A DNA stretch of 64,000 nucleotides from Bacteroidales bacterium (GTDB lineage Bacteria; Bacteroidota; Bacteroidia; Bacteroidales; UBA12077), in assembly GCA_021108325.1 (NCBI GenBank), contig JAIORB010000068.1, forward strand, positions 17,196 to 81,195, given 5' to 3'. Position numbers and translations under genes: made by a program. The notes beneath the pieces are model-generated. The model did not search any database. It was given only the letters and a program-made list of their open reading frames with translations, and was not told where the DNA came from. Positions 55,616 through 64,000 of this stretch are shown here, piece by piece. How positions within the stretch are numbered: the stretch's first letter is position 1; every line of letters starts with the position of its first letter.

Positions 55616-56383
55616 ATGAATATAGGTAGATCATCAAATCCGGTATTGTCAAAAGCAGCATTCGACCCTCAAACTTATACAGCTTCTTATTTGGAGGTAA
55701 TGACGTTGAATGGAACAATTAATAAATCTATTGCGATGTTATTATTAGTTGTTGTAGGAGCAATGTATACATGGAAGATGTTTTTTGGTGCTGCAACAAT
55801 TGAAATTGGTACAGCCTTGGTTTCAAAATGGATATTCATTGGTGGAATAGGAGGATTCGTATTCGCATTAATTATGATATTTAAGAAGAATTGGGCATAT
55901 ATTACAGCTCCTTTATATGCTATTTTGGAAGGATTGTTTCTTGGTGCAATATCTGCTTTTTTTGAGGCAAGATACCCGGGATTGGTATTGCAGGCGGTAG
56001 CATTAACTTTCGGAACACTTTTTATAATGCTTGTAGGATACAGATCGGGAATAATAAAGGTAACACGAAAATTTAGATCAGGGATTATTGCAGCTACAGG
56101 CGCAGTGGCTTTAGTATATTTTATATCCATCATATTTTCAATGTTTGGAGCAAGTAGCTTAATAATTCATAGTAATGGGATCTTAGGAATTGGAATTAGC
56201 TTAGTTATTGTAGTAATTGCAGCCCTTAATTTAGTGTTGGATTTTGATTTTATTGCTAAAGGCTCGCAAGCTGGTTTGCCTAAATATATGGAATGGTATG
56301 CAGCATTCGGATTAATGTTAACACTTGTTTGGTTATATATCGAAATCCTTAGATTATTATCAAAGCTTGCAAGTAGAGATTAA
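55616..56383 (+). CDS. Bax inhibitor-1/YccA-family membrane protein
   Basis: N-terminal SSNPVLSK motif followed by 7 TM helices. Confidence 0.65.
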   Translation: MNIGRSSNPVLSKAAFDPQTYTASYLEVMTLNGTINKSIAMLLLVVVGAMYTWKMFFGAATIEIGTALVSKWIFIGGIGGFVFALIMIFKKNWAYITAPLYAILEGLFLGAISAFFEARYPGLVLQAVALTFGTLFIMLVGYRSGIIKVTRKFRSGIIAATGAVALVYFISIIFSMFGASSLIIHSNGILGIGISLVIVVIAALNLVLDFDFIAKGSQAGLPKYMEWYAAFGLMLTLVWLYIEILRLLSKLASRD

Positions 56384-56468
56384 TTGAAAAATGCTAAAAT
56401 ATTATTTCTCTTTTTTAAACCTTTATCCTATTTTTACGTCTCAGTTAATTATCTAAAATTACACTGCA

Positions 56469-57938
56469 ATGAAATCACTAGAGTCTTATTTTGAGCAATT
56501 TAGGAAAAACATAGTTGGAATTGATTCAACATACATATCTCCTTATGGAGAACAAAAAATTATGTATGCCGATTGGGTTGCAGGTGGAAGACTATATAGA
56601 CCTATTGAGCAAAAAATATTAGAAGAGTTTGGGCCATTTGTTGCAAATACACATACCGAAACGAGCGAGACGGGAACTTTAATGACTCATAGTTACCATT
56701 ATGCTAAGAATCTGATTAAGAAACATGTAAATGCCGATTCAAACGATGTTTTAATTCAGGCTGGATTTGGGATGACTGCTGTAATTAATAAACTGCAAAG
56801 AATTCTGGGTTTGAAAGGTTGTGGAATTTTAAAACATAAAGAATGTCTTCAAGAGATGGATCGTCCCGTAGTTTTTATTACTCATATGGAGCATCATTCT
56901 AATCAAACCTCTTGGTATGAAACAATTTGCGATGTGGTGATAATTGATCCCGACGAAAATCTATTAGTCGATCCCGAAAAGCTTCGTGAACAATTAGAAA
57001 AATTTAAAGACAGAAAATTGAAAATTGGTTCTTTTTCTGCAGCATCCAACGTTACTGGTGTTAAACCATCTTATTATAAATTAGCAAGATTAATGCATGA
57101 GTATAATGGTATTTGCTTAATTGATTTTGCTGCATCGGCACCTTATACCGAAATTAATATGCATCCTAAAGATCCAATGGAAAAACTTGATGCAATCTTC
57201 TTTTCGCCACATAAATTTTTAGGCGGGCCAGGCACGGCAGGTGTTATGATATTTGATTCAAATTTATATAACTGCGAAGTTCCTGATAATCCCGGAGGAG
57301 GCACGGTTGATTGGACAAATCGCTGGGGAGAGTATAAATATATCGATGATATTGAATTAAGAGAAGATGGAGGAACTCCAGGATTCTTGCAAGCTATAAA
57401 AACAGCACTTACATTTGAATTAAAAGATCAAATGGGAATCGAAAACATAGAAAATCGTGAAAAAGAATTAATCCCTCGTGCGTTTAAAGGTTTAAAAGCT
57501 GTTCAAGGAGTTAAGATTTTAGCCGATAATGTGATTGATCGTATAGGAGCGCTTTCTTTTTATATTGAGAATGTTCATTTTAATTTAGTTGTTAAGCTAT
57601 TAAGTGATCGTTATGGAATTCAGGTACGTGGGGGGTGTGCCTGCGCAGGTACTTATGGGCATTATCTTTTAGATGTTAGTCATGATTATTCACGTGAAAT
57701 AACCGATTTGATTAACCATGGTGATCTTTCGCAAAAACCAGGATGGATACGTTGGTCAATTCACCCGACAAGCTTGGATTCTGAAATTGATTATTTTGTT
57801 TTTGCAATTGAAGAGATTGCTAAACATCATAAGAAATGGGGAATGGAATATGAATATGACAAACAATCTAATGAATTTGCTCATAAAGATATGCTAGGCA
57901 AATCAAGTTATGATTTAAATAAATTGTTTTCGCTTTAA
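56469..57938 (+). CDS. class-V-fold PLP-dependent aminotransferase / cysteine-desulfurase-like enzyme
   Basis: PLP-lysine context FSPHKFLGGPG and HMEHHSN. Length is 489 aa. Confidence 0.75.
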   Translation: MKSLESYFEQFRKNIVGIDSTYISPYGEQKIMYADWVAGGRLYRPIEQKILEEFGPFVANTHTETSETGTLMTHSYHYAKNLIKKHVNADSNDVLIQAGFGMTAVINKLQRILGLKGCGILKHKECLQEMDRPVVFITHMEHHSNQTSWYETICDVVIIDPDENLLVDPEKLREQLEKFKDRKLKIGSFSAASNVTGVKPSYYKLARLMHEYNGICLIDFAASAPYTEINMHPKDPMEKLDAIFFSPHKFLGGPGTAGVMIFDSNLYNCEVPDNPGGGTVDWTNRWGEYKYIDDIELREDGGTPGFLQAIKTALTFELKDQMGIENIENREKELIPRAFKGLKAVQGVKILADNVIDRIGALSFYIENVHFNLVVKLLSDRYGIQVRGGCACAGTYGHYLLDVSHDYSREITDLINHGDLSQKPGWIRWSIHPTSLDSEIDYFVFAIEEIAKHHKKWGMEYEYDKQSNEFAHKDMLGKSSYDLNKLFSL

Positions 57939-58055
57939 TAAATGATTAAAAAATAGTGATTTAATTTTGTATTTAGAATAACAATAATTAATTTTGCAAG
58001 CCATTAAGTTTTATAATAGAATAAAAAGTATAGCAAAATATAAAGGAGTTTAAAG

Positions 58056-58319
58056 ATGAAAAAGGGAATACATCCGGAGAATTATCGATTAGTGGTTTTT
58101 AAGGATATGTCAAATGGTGAAATGTTTTTAACTAAATCAACTGCACCTACAAAAGAAACTATTAAATATGATGATGGAAATGAATATCCATTATTAAAAA
58201 TTGAAATTTCAAATACTTCTCATCCATTTTATACTGGTAAGATGAAACTTGTTGACACTGCTGGACGTGTTGATAAATACATGAATAAGTATAAAAAACA
58301 TGTAGACAAGAAAAAATAA
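58056..58319 (+). CDS. rpmE2: 50S ribosomal protein L31, type B (no zinc ribbon)
   Basis: [11 protein letters not shown]-terminus, no CxxC pairs, HPFYTGK motif. Confidence 0.9.
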   Translation: MKKGIHPENYRLVVFKDMSNGEMFLTKSTAPTKETIKYDDGNEYPLLKIEISNTSHPFYTGKMKLVDTAGRVDKYMNKYKKHVDKKK

Positions 58320-58341
58320 CTAAAACTCTATATAAAATTTG

Positions 58342-58369
58342 AAAAGCTCCGAATTTCGGAGCTTTTTTT
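58342..58369 (+). terminator. intrinsic terminator of rpmE2
   Basis: aaaagctccg-aattt-cggagctttt stem followed by ttt. Confidence 0.75.
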
Positions 58370-58406
58370 ATGTAAATTTGTCAATGTCATTAAAAAAGAC
58401 TGTGTT

Positions 58407-59594
58407 ATGAATTATATTTTATTTGACGATAAATCCTGGGATAATTTATTACCATTGACCTTTACCAGGCCTGTTTGCGAAGTTCGATCAGGGATCTTAA
58501 CTATTAAAGAAAAATGGGAAAAACATCTTAATGTAAAAATGTCATACTTTACTCAAGGGTATTTGCAAGTAAAATATAAGTTAAAAATTGAAGAGGAAAA
58601 TATCTTAATAAGTGGTTCAGTTATTCCAAATATCAGTTTATTAAATGATCTTGAAAATCTAAACTTAAATGAAGCCTTAGTAAAAAATGGTAAAATAATT
58701 GCAGTTAAGCTTGACCACCAAAGTGTTAGTAGCTTTGATTATACAGACATAAATAAATATAACAAAAAGGATTACACTAAGGATATAATTGAAATTACTT
58801 GGCCCTGGGATATCTTTAGATTAAATGGAGAAAATATAAAATCTGATTTTGACTTACTGACTAAAGGTAGAAAATCAGCAAAATTAAGTACTACAAATAA
58901 TGTGTTAGGGAAAGAAAAGATTTTTATTGAGGAAGGAGCGAAAATAGAATTTGCTACATTGAATGCGGATACCGGCCCGATTTATATTGGAGAAGATACC
59001 GAGATTATGGAGAATAGTGTAATTCGCGGGCCTTTTGCTTTGTGTGATCATTCTACATTAAAAATATCCGCTAAAATTTATGGCCCAACAACAATTGGAC
59101 CTCATTCAAAAGTGGGTGGCGAAGTAAATAATTCCGTAATTTTTGGATATTCAAATAAGGCTCATGATGGATTTTTAGGTAATTCCGTAATTGGCGAATG
59201 GTGTAATTTAGGTGCTGATACCAATAATTCGAATCTGAAAAATAATTACGCCGAAGTACGTGTGTGGAATTATGAAACAGAACGCTTCATACAAACAGGA
59301 CTGCAATTTTGTGGTCTGATCATGGGCGATCATTCTAAATGTGCCATAAATACAATGTTTAATACAGGAACAGTTGTTGGAGTAAACGCGAATATTTTCG
59401 GAGAAGGATTTCCTCGTAATTTTGTTCCTTCATTTTCGTGGGGAGGAGCACACGGGTTTACTGTTTATGGTATTAATAAGGCTTTTGAAGTGGCAGAAAA
59501 AGTTATGGAACGAAGAAATATAAAACTGGATGAAGTTGAACAAGATATTATAAAAGAAATTTTTGAAAGAACATCTAAATACAGATTATTTTAA
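58407..59594 (+). CDS. GlmU-like putative sugar nucleotidyltransferase/acyltransferase (left-handed beta-helix)
   Basis: N-terminal ILFDD...LLPLTFTRP and C-terminal hexapeptide repeats (IGEDTEI, IGPHSKVGGEV, IGEWCNLGADT). Confidence 0.7.
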   Translation: MNYILFDDKSWDNLLPLTFTRPVCEVRSGILTIKEKWEKHLNVKMSYFTQGYLQVKYKLKIEEENILISGSVIPNISLLNDLENLNLNEALVKNGKIIAVKLDHQSVSSFDYTDINKYNKKDYTKDIIEITWPWDIFRLNGENIKSDFDLLTKGRKSAKLSTTNNVLGKEKIFIEEGAKIEFATLNADTGPIYIGEDTEIMENSVIRGPFALCDHSTLKISAKIYGPTTIGPHSKVGGEVNNSVIFGYSNKAHDGFLGNSVIGEWCNLGADTNNSNLKNNYAEVRVWNYETERFIQTGLQFCGLIMGDHSKCAINTMFNTGTVVGVNANIFGEGFPRNFVPSFSWGGAHGFTVYGINKAFEVAEKVMERRNIKLDEVEQDIIKEIFERTSKYRLF

Positions 59595-59635
59595 CTTGTT
59601 TCAAACAAAATTGTTTTATTTAAATAATTTAATTT

Positions 59636-59654
59636 TTGGCATAGTGATTGCCAA
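59636..59654 (+). promoter_or_regulatory. sigma-54-type -24/-12 box TGGCATAGTGATTGC, also a TTGGCA-N7-TGCCAA palindrome, upstream of lon
   Basis: GG and GC fall at the canonical spacing of TGGCAC-N5-TTGC. The box lies 84-98 nt upstream of the lon ATG. Confidence 0.4.
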
Positions 59655-59734
59655 TTCTAATTCCCGGTATTTTTTTAGAGAAAGGCTGACAGGATGTCGT
59701 GAGGGCTTAAGTTTTTAATAAGGATAATATTATT

Positions 59735-62197
59735 ATGAGTGATAAAATAAAAGAGAGTAAATTTAAAAGTATATTTTTTGCAGCAGATATGGAAAGCGAT
59801 GGTGAGTTTATTCCGTTAATCTCAGACAATGAAGATGATGTAGATTTTAAAAAATCAGAATTGCCAAAAGAACTTCCAATTTTACCTTTAAGAAATACTG
59901 TATTATTTCCGGGAGTGATTCTTCCGATTACTGTAGGAAGAGAAAAATCAATTCGTCTTATAAATGAAATTTACAAAAAGGATAAAGTTATTGGTACTGT
60001 AGCTCAGATTGATTCTCAGGTAAATGAGCCTGAAGAAGAAGATATGTACAGGGTAGGTACTATAGCTCATATTCTGAAAGTACTCGAAATGCCTGATGGA
60101 AGCACTTCTGTTATTATACAAGGACGACAGCGGTTTGAGATGATTCAAATGGTTCAGGCCGAACCTTATCATAAAGCCACAGTTACTTTATTAAAAGATA
60201 AAAAACCAAACGATAAAACCCGGGAATTCGAAGCGATTGTTGGATCTCTTAAAGACCTTTCATTGAGAATTATAAAATTATCAAGTAATATTCCGCCTGA
60301 AGCTTCATTTGCGGTTAAGAATATTGAAAATAGTAAGTTCTTGATAAACTTTATTTGCTCAAATAGCGATATCGATATTGAAGATAAACAAAAACTTATT
60401 AAGCTTGATAACTTAAAGGAACGATCAATACGTTTGTTAGAACATCTTACTAAGCAAGTACAAATGCTTGAGTTAAAAAATGATATCCAAAGTAAGGTAA
60501 AAACGGATTTAGATCGTCAGCAGCGAGAGTATTTGCTGCATCAACAAATGAAAACTATCCAGGATGAATTAGGTGGAAATCCATTAGATCAGGAGATAGA
60601 AGATATTAAGAAAAAAGCTAAGGATAAAAAGTGGGGTAAAGAAGTTGCTGAAACTTTTAATAAAGAAGTTGAAAAATTAAACCGGTTAAATCCGGCAACG
60701 GGAGAATATTCTGTACAGTTAAATTATTTACAAACATTGCTCGATCTTCCATGGAATGAATTTACTGATGACAACTTTGATTTGAAAAGAGCTCAAAAAA
60801 TTCTTGATGAAGATCATTTTGGATTAGAAAAGGTTAAAGACAGGATATTGGAATATTTAGCCGTACTTAAATTAAAAGGCGATTTGAAATCACCGATATT
60901 ATGTTTATATGGTCCCCCGGGTGTTGGAAAAACCTCGCTTGGTAAATCAATAGCAAAAGCTTTAGACAGAAAATATGTAAGAATGTCTCTGGGAGGTTTG
61001 CATGATGAAGCTGAAATTCGTGGACACAGAAAAACATATATTGGCGCAATGCCGGGAAGAATTATTCAAAATATAAAAAAGGCAAAATCAGCAAATCCGG
61101 TTTTTATTTTAGATGAAATTGATAAAGTTGGAAAAGATTTTCATGGCGATCCTGCTTCTGCACTTCTGGAAGTTTTGGATCCTGAACAAAATAGTGCTTT
61201 CCACGATAATTATCTGGAACTGGAATTTGATCTCTCGAATGTAATGTTCATAGCTACTGCTAATACATTATCGACAATTAATCCTGCATTACGCGACAGG
61301 ATGGAAATGATTGATGTTAGTGGTTATATTGTTGAAGAGAAGATAGAAATTGCTAAGCGTCATTTAATCCCGAAACAGCTTGATGCACATGGTGTAGTAA
61401 AATCGAAAGTTTCTTATAGCAAGAAAGTTTTAGAATATATTGTTGAAAATCATACTCGTGAGTCGGGTGTTAGAACTTTAGATAAGACGATTGCTAAGGT
61501 AACAAGGAGTCTGGCCAGAAAAATTGCTTTGGAAGAAGAGTTTAATAAATCGCTTACAGTTAATAATATTAAAGAAATCTTAGGTCCGCCTGAATTTTCA
61601 AAAGATAAATATCAGGGGAATGAGTTTGCCGGTGTTGTAACAGGTTTGGCATGGACTGCTGTTGGAGGAGAAATATTATTTATTGAAAGTAGCTTAAGTA
61701 AAGGAAAAGGAAAACTTACTTTAACAGGTAATTTGGGTGATGTAATGAAAGAATCTGCTGTAATTGCACTTGAATACATAAAATCACATGCAGCGGAATT
61801 AAATATTCCTGACGAAGCTTTCGAAAAGTGGAACATCCACATTCATGTTCCTGAAGGAGCTATTCCAAAGGATGGCCCATCGGCTGGTGTTACTATGGCA
61901 ACATCACTTGCATCAATTTTTACACAGAGAAAAGTTAGACAAAAAACAGCAATGACCGGTGAAATTACTTTACGTGGTAAAGTGTTGCCTGTTGGAGGTA
62001 TTAAGGAAAAAATATTAGCTGCAAAACGTGCCAATATTACTGACATAATTTTATCTGATGATAACAAAAAAGATATTAGCAAAATAAAGGATATATATTT
62101 AAAAGGATTAAGCTTTCATTATGTGAATGAGATTATGGAAGTTTTAGATATTGCAATACTAAAAGATAAAGTTAAGAAACCATTGAAAGTTTCGTAA
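59735..62197 (+). CDS. lon: ATP-dependent endopeptidase La
   Basis: LON N-domain, Walker A GPPGVGKTS, and protease serine context PKDGPSAGV. Confidence 0.97.
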   Translation: MSDKIKESKFKSIFFAADMESDGEFIPLISDNEDDVDFKKSELPKELPILPLRNTVLFPGVILPITVGREKSIRLINEIYKKDKVIGTVAQIDSQVNEPEEEDMYRVGTIAHILKVLEMPDGSTSVIIQGRQRFEMIQMVQAEPYHKATVTLLKDKKPNDKTREFEAIVGSLKDLSLRIIKLSSNIPPEASFAVKNIENSKFLINFICSNSDIDIEDKQKLIKLDNLKERSIRLLEHLTKQVQMLELKNDIQSKVKTDLDRQQREYLLHQQMKTIQDELGGNPLDQEIEDIKKKAKDKKWGKEVAETFNKEVEKLNRLNPATGEYSVQLNYLQTLLDLPWNEFTDDNFDLKRAQKILDEDHFGLEKVKDRILEYLAVLKLKGDLKSPILCLYGPPGVGKTSLGKSIAKALDRKYVRMSLGGLHDEAEIRGHRKTYIGAMPGRIIQNIKKAKSANPVFILDEIDKVGKDFHGDPASALLEVLDPEQNSAFHDNYLELEFDLSNVMFIATANTLSTINPALRDRMEMIDVSGYIVEEKIEIAKRHLIPKQLDAHGVVKSKVSYSKKVLEYIVENHTRESGVRTLDKTIAKVTRSLARKIALEEEFNKSLTVNNIKEILGPPEFSKDKYQGNEFAGVVTGLAWTAVGGEILFIESSLSKGKGKLTLTGNLGDVMKESAVIALEYIKSHAAELNIPDEAFEKWNIHIHVPEGAIPKDGPSAGVTMATSLASIFTQRKVRQKTAMTGEITLRGKVLPVGGIKEKILAAKRANITDIILSDDNKKDISKIKDIYLKGLSFHYVNEIMEVLDIAILKDKVKKPLKVS

Positions 62198-62273
62198 ATT
62201 GAAATATTAGATTTTTAGTTGATATTCCTTGTAAAATCCGTAAATTTATATTTTTAAAATAAATTAAAAATAG

Positions 62274-62810
62274 ATGAAAATGGGAGCAGGTTTATTCTGG
62301 GGAGCTTTATTAATTCTTATCGGATTAGGAATTGTTATTCGCGTTGTTTTTAACATTAATTTCCCCCTCGTTAAATTCGTTATTGCATTCTTTTTTATTT
62401 TTATTGGAATCAAATTACTGGTTGGTAATTTTAATTTCTGGCATGGACATGTCGATGAGAATACAACTATCTTTAGCGAAAGCAAAATAGATGGCCAGGA
62501 CGAGAATTTTAAAGAATACAATATTATTTTTGGTAGTTCGGTTATCGATTTACGAAATGTTGATCTTTCTGAAGGCTCGAAAGAAATTAAAATCAATACT
62601 ATTTTTGGAGGAACAATTTTAAAAATTGATGAAAAAACTCCTGTTAAAATAAAAGCTGATGTAGTGTTTGCTAATGCTAAACTACCGAATGGAAATACTG
62701 CTTCATTTGGTACAGGAAGGTATGAGAGTGATACTTTCAACAGAGATACAAACCATATTTATATAAAAGCTGATGTAGTTTTTGGCGATCTTAAAGTTAA
62801 AAGTTATTAA
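62274..62810 (+). CDS. small membrane protein with LiaF-C-terminal-like beta-rich domain
   Basis: Two N-terminal TM helices, then repeated FG(G/S)xxIDL / VVFGDLKV strands like the LiaF/DUF2154 domain. The family call is weak. Confidence 0.5.
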   Translation: MKMGAGLFWGALLILIGLGIVIRVVFNINFPLVKFVIAFFFIFIGIKLLVGNFNFWHGHVDENTTIFSESKIDGQDENFKEYNIIFGSSVIDLRNVDLSEGSKEIKINTIFGGTILKIDEKTPVKIKADVVFANAKLPNGNTASFGTGRYESDTFNRDTNHIYIKADVVFGDLKVKSY

Positions 62811-62841
62811 TAGTTTTATATATTATCTTTATATATTAAAC

Positions 62842-62865
62842 AGGCTCACGATATATCGTGAGCCT
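62842..62865. terminator. bidirectional terminator between convergent genes
   Basis: aggctcacg-atatat-cgtgagcct, a 9-bp GC-containing stem. Confidence 0.65.
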
Positions 62866-62929
62866 ATTTAATTCTGATCTTTCTTTTTGCTATTATGTCG
62901 TGAACCTACTGTTTTTTATTTGTCCACAT

Positions 62930-63478
62930 CTATTTTTTAAAATAATCAAAAGCCTTTTTAATAGAATCTTTAACTTTATGTTGATTTTCTTCAAAACCGT
63001 CTTTCAATTTTTGCCAATTATCATCTTGCGATTCTTTAAGTTCTGTTAACTTTTCTTCAAGTGTTCCTTTGTGTTTTTTTATGTTTTCAACTTGTTCTTT
63101 AATTTTAACTTTAATTTCTTCATTTGCATGTTTTGCCTTATCTTCTAACTCATCAATCTTAACTGAAAAATCTTCAATCCAGATTTCGGCTTTCTCAGAA
63201 AAACTTTGTTTGTCGGTATTAACTATTTCAATGAATTCTTCAAATTCTGAAACAAAAATACTCCACTTTTCTTTGCTTGCATTTTTTAATTCATCAAATT
63301 TTTGATCCAGTTTTTCTCGTTGATTTTTAAGAGATTTTATTTTTTTGTCAAGTTCGCCTAACCCGCTTTTCGCATTGAGTTTTGCTTCAATAGCTTTTGC
63401 TTCAAGCTCATAAATTTTAGCCTTTAACTGTTTAACAATTATTTCAGCCCGCGTTTCATATTCATTTCTTGTTTTCAT
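62930..63478 (-). CDS. hypothetical K/E-rich coiled-coil protein
   Basis: 182-aa ORF with heptad-like charged repeats and two internal ELK(N/E)(A/S)...W...F modules. I recognise no family. Confidence 0.55.
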   Translation of the reverse strand: MKTRNEYETRAEIIVKQLKAKIYELEAKAIEAKLNAKSGLGELDKKIKSLKNQREKLDQKFDELKNASKEKWSIFVSEFEEFIEIVNTDKQSFSEKAEIWIEDFSVKIDELEDKAKHANEEIKVKIKEQVENIKKHKGTLEEKLTELKESQDDNWQKLKDGFEENQHKVKDSIKKAFDYFKK

Positions 63479-63654
63479 ATGTTTAAATTATTGTGCCCTG
63501 ACTAGAAATTGTGCCACACATATTTAATCATGCTCTTGTGTGTCTCAATATTTATCTCAGCCATTGGCTGTTTCATGGCTTGTTTAGTATTTATTGTGTT
63601 GATAATTAATGTTATAATATACAAAAAAATATACTGGATATCAAATTTTATTTT

Positions 63655-63853
63655 ATATGATTATCGGATTGATTTCCTATTAATTTAAAAGAAGGTGCTA
63701 AGCGGCTATGTTTTATAGACTTTCCAGCAATTTAAAGATATTCAATTTATAAATAAATCCCTACCTGCAGCCAGCCAGGCGCTAAGCACCTAGCTTTCAG
63801 GGATAATAACAATTTATAAAATATGGATTAGGTTTATAATCCGATAGTCATAT
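63655..63853. repeat. second nested palindrome (about 200 bp) with a GC-rich core
   Basis: Outer arms atatgattatcggatt (63655-63670) and aatccgatagtcatat (63838-63853) pair 15/16. Inner arms aggtgctaagcg (63693-63704) and cgctaagcacct (63780-63791) pair 11/12. GC-rich core is cctacctgcagccagccaggc. Confidence 0.85.
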
Positions 63854-63860
63854 TATTTTA

Positions 63861-63898
63861 AATATTAAACCATAAATTAAATATTAAACCATAAATTT
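63861..63898. repeat. 19-bp tandem direct repeat, 2 copies (aatattaaaccataaatt[a/t])
   Basis: Read directly from the sequence, 18/19 identical. It lies 68-105 bp upstream of the ORF starting at 63966. Confidence 0.9.
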
Positions 63899-63965
63899 GT
63901 TAGAATGCCAATTATCAGGTAATTTGCTGTAATTAATAAATCTCGTAAATTAATTTAAACAATTT

Positions 63966-64000
63966 ATGATTACTGTAACCGACCAAATGGGGCGAAGCGT
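63966..64000 (+). CDS. first 11 codons of an ORF running off the window (MITVTDQMGRS)
   Basis: ATG followed by an open frame to the window edge. It is too short to assign, and its resemblance to N-termini of TroA/BtuF-like binding proteins is only an impression. Confidence 0.25.
   Translation, partial: MITVTDQMGRS

Noticed and set aside
57686-57701. parS-like palindrome ttattCACGTGaaata inside the aminotransferase gene.
   Set aside because: Only about 13/16 positions match the TGTTNCACGTGAAACA consensus, and the conserved GTT/AAC flanks are altered. It is most likely a chance CACGTG palindrome in coding sequence.
62264-62740. 158-aa ORF antisense to the LiaF-like gene. The antisense ORFs at 55687..56133, 54108..54590, 52283..52552, 29349..29627, 36436..36729 and 37307..37642 are similar cases.
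   Set aside because: These are low-complexity shadow ORFs on the strand opposite genes with clear domain signatures. They have no motifs and no independent start context. They are typical of AT-rich genomes.
63655-63853. Possible cobalamin riboswitch upstream of a possibly BtuF/TroA-like ORF.
   Set aside because: On neither strand are the conserved elements present in order (GGGAA, GGTGAAAATCC-like, GCCACTG, B12 box AGYCMGGAGACCKGCC). Only a GGTGC...GCACC stem is shared, and the downstream ORF is too short to identify.
63861-63898. CRISPR-like repeat.
   Set aside because: There are only two directly adjacent 19-bp copies, no spacers, and no cas genes in the window.

Overview
This is an AT-rich chromosomal segment that looks like Bacteroidota. 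The assignment is inferred from several features: a PorQ-like T9SS gene beside cmk-ispH-priA, the parA-parB-DUF5683-mltD cluster, a short 286-aa RpoD, a ParE/ParC pair, and TAnnTTTG-type -7 promoter boxes. I call about 55 protein genes plus one tRNA-His. Almost all are housekeeping or envelope genes: hpt-adk-obg, plsC, parE/parC, aroK, msbA-like ABC exporter, priA, ispH, cmk, rpoD, pepT, rpmE2 and lon. There are also two two-component systems and an MBOAT plus 2x SGNH O-acetylation cluster. I see no transposase, integrase, phage gene, CRISPR array, toxin-antitoxin pair or recognisable defence gene, so I cannot support a claim of a novel protein-encoded system here. What the gene calls do not explain is non-coding structure. 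(1) A strict 7-nt periodic array of 11 units lies directly after the priA stop codon. (2) GC-rich palindromic islands are dispersed in AT-rich DNA, one of them flanked by a 9-bp direct duplication. (3) Two copies of a 'TGTCATTCC...GGAATGACA' four-arm element fill intercistronic gaps. (4) Two roughly 200-250-bp nested palindromes sit in divergent promoter regions. (5) A roughly 65-bp direct repeat brackets the TonB-receptor/LytS-type kinase/LytTR regulator operon. (6) Three GATGAA repeats phased at exactly 21 bp lie upstream of that operon. (7) A sigma-54-type TGGCA-N6-TTGC box lies upstream of lon. Protein-level oddities are an M49 (DPP III)-like lipoprotein with no zinc-binding histidines, a tRNA-His with tandem U-U mismatches in its acceptor stem, and a membrane-anchored MutS-like ATPase whose ORF overlaps plsC. 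All functional calls come from reading motifs in the supplied translations; no database search was run.
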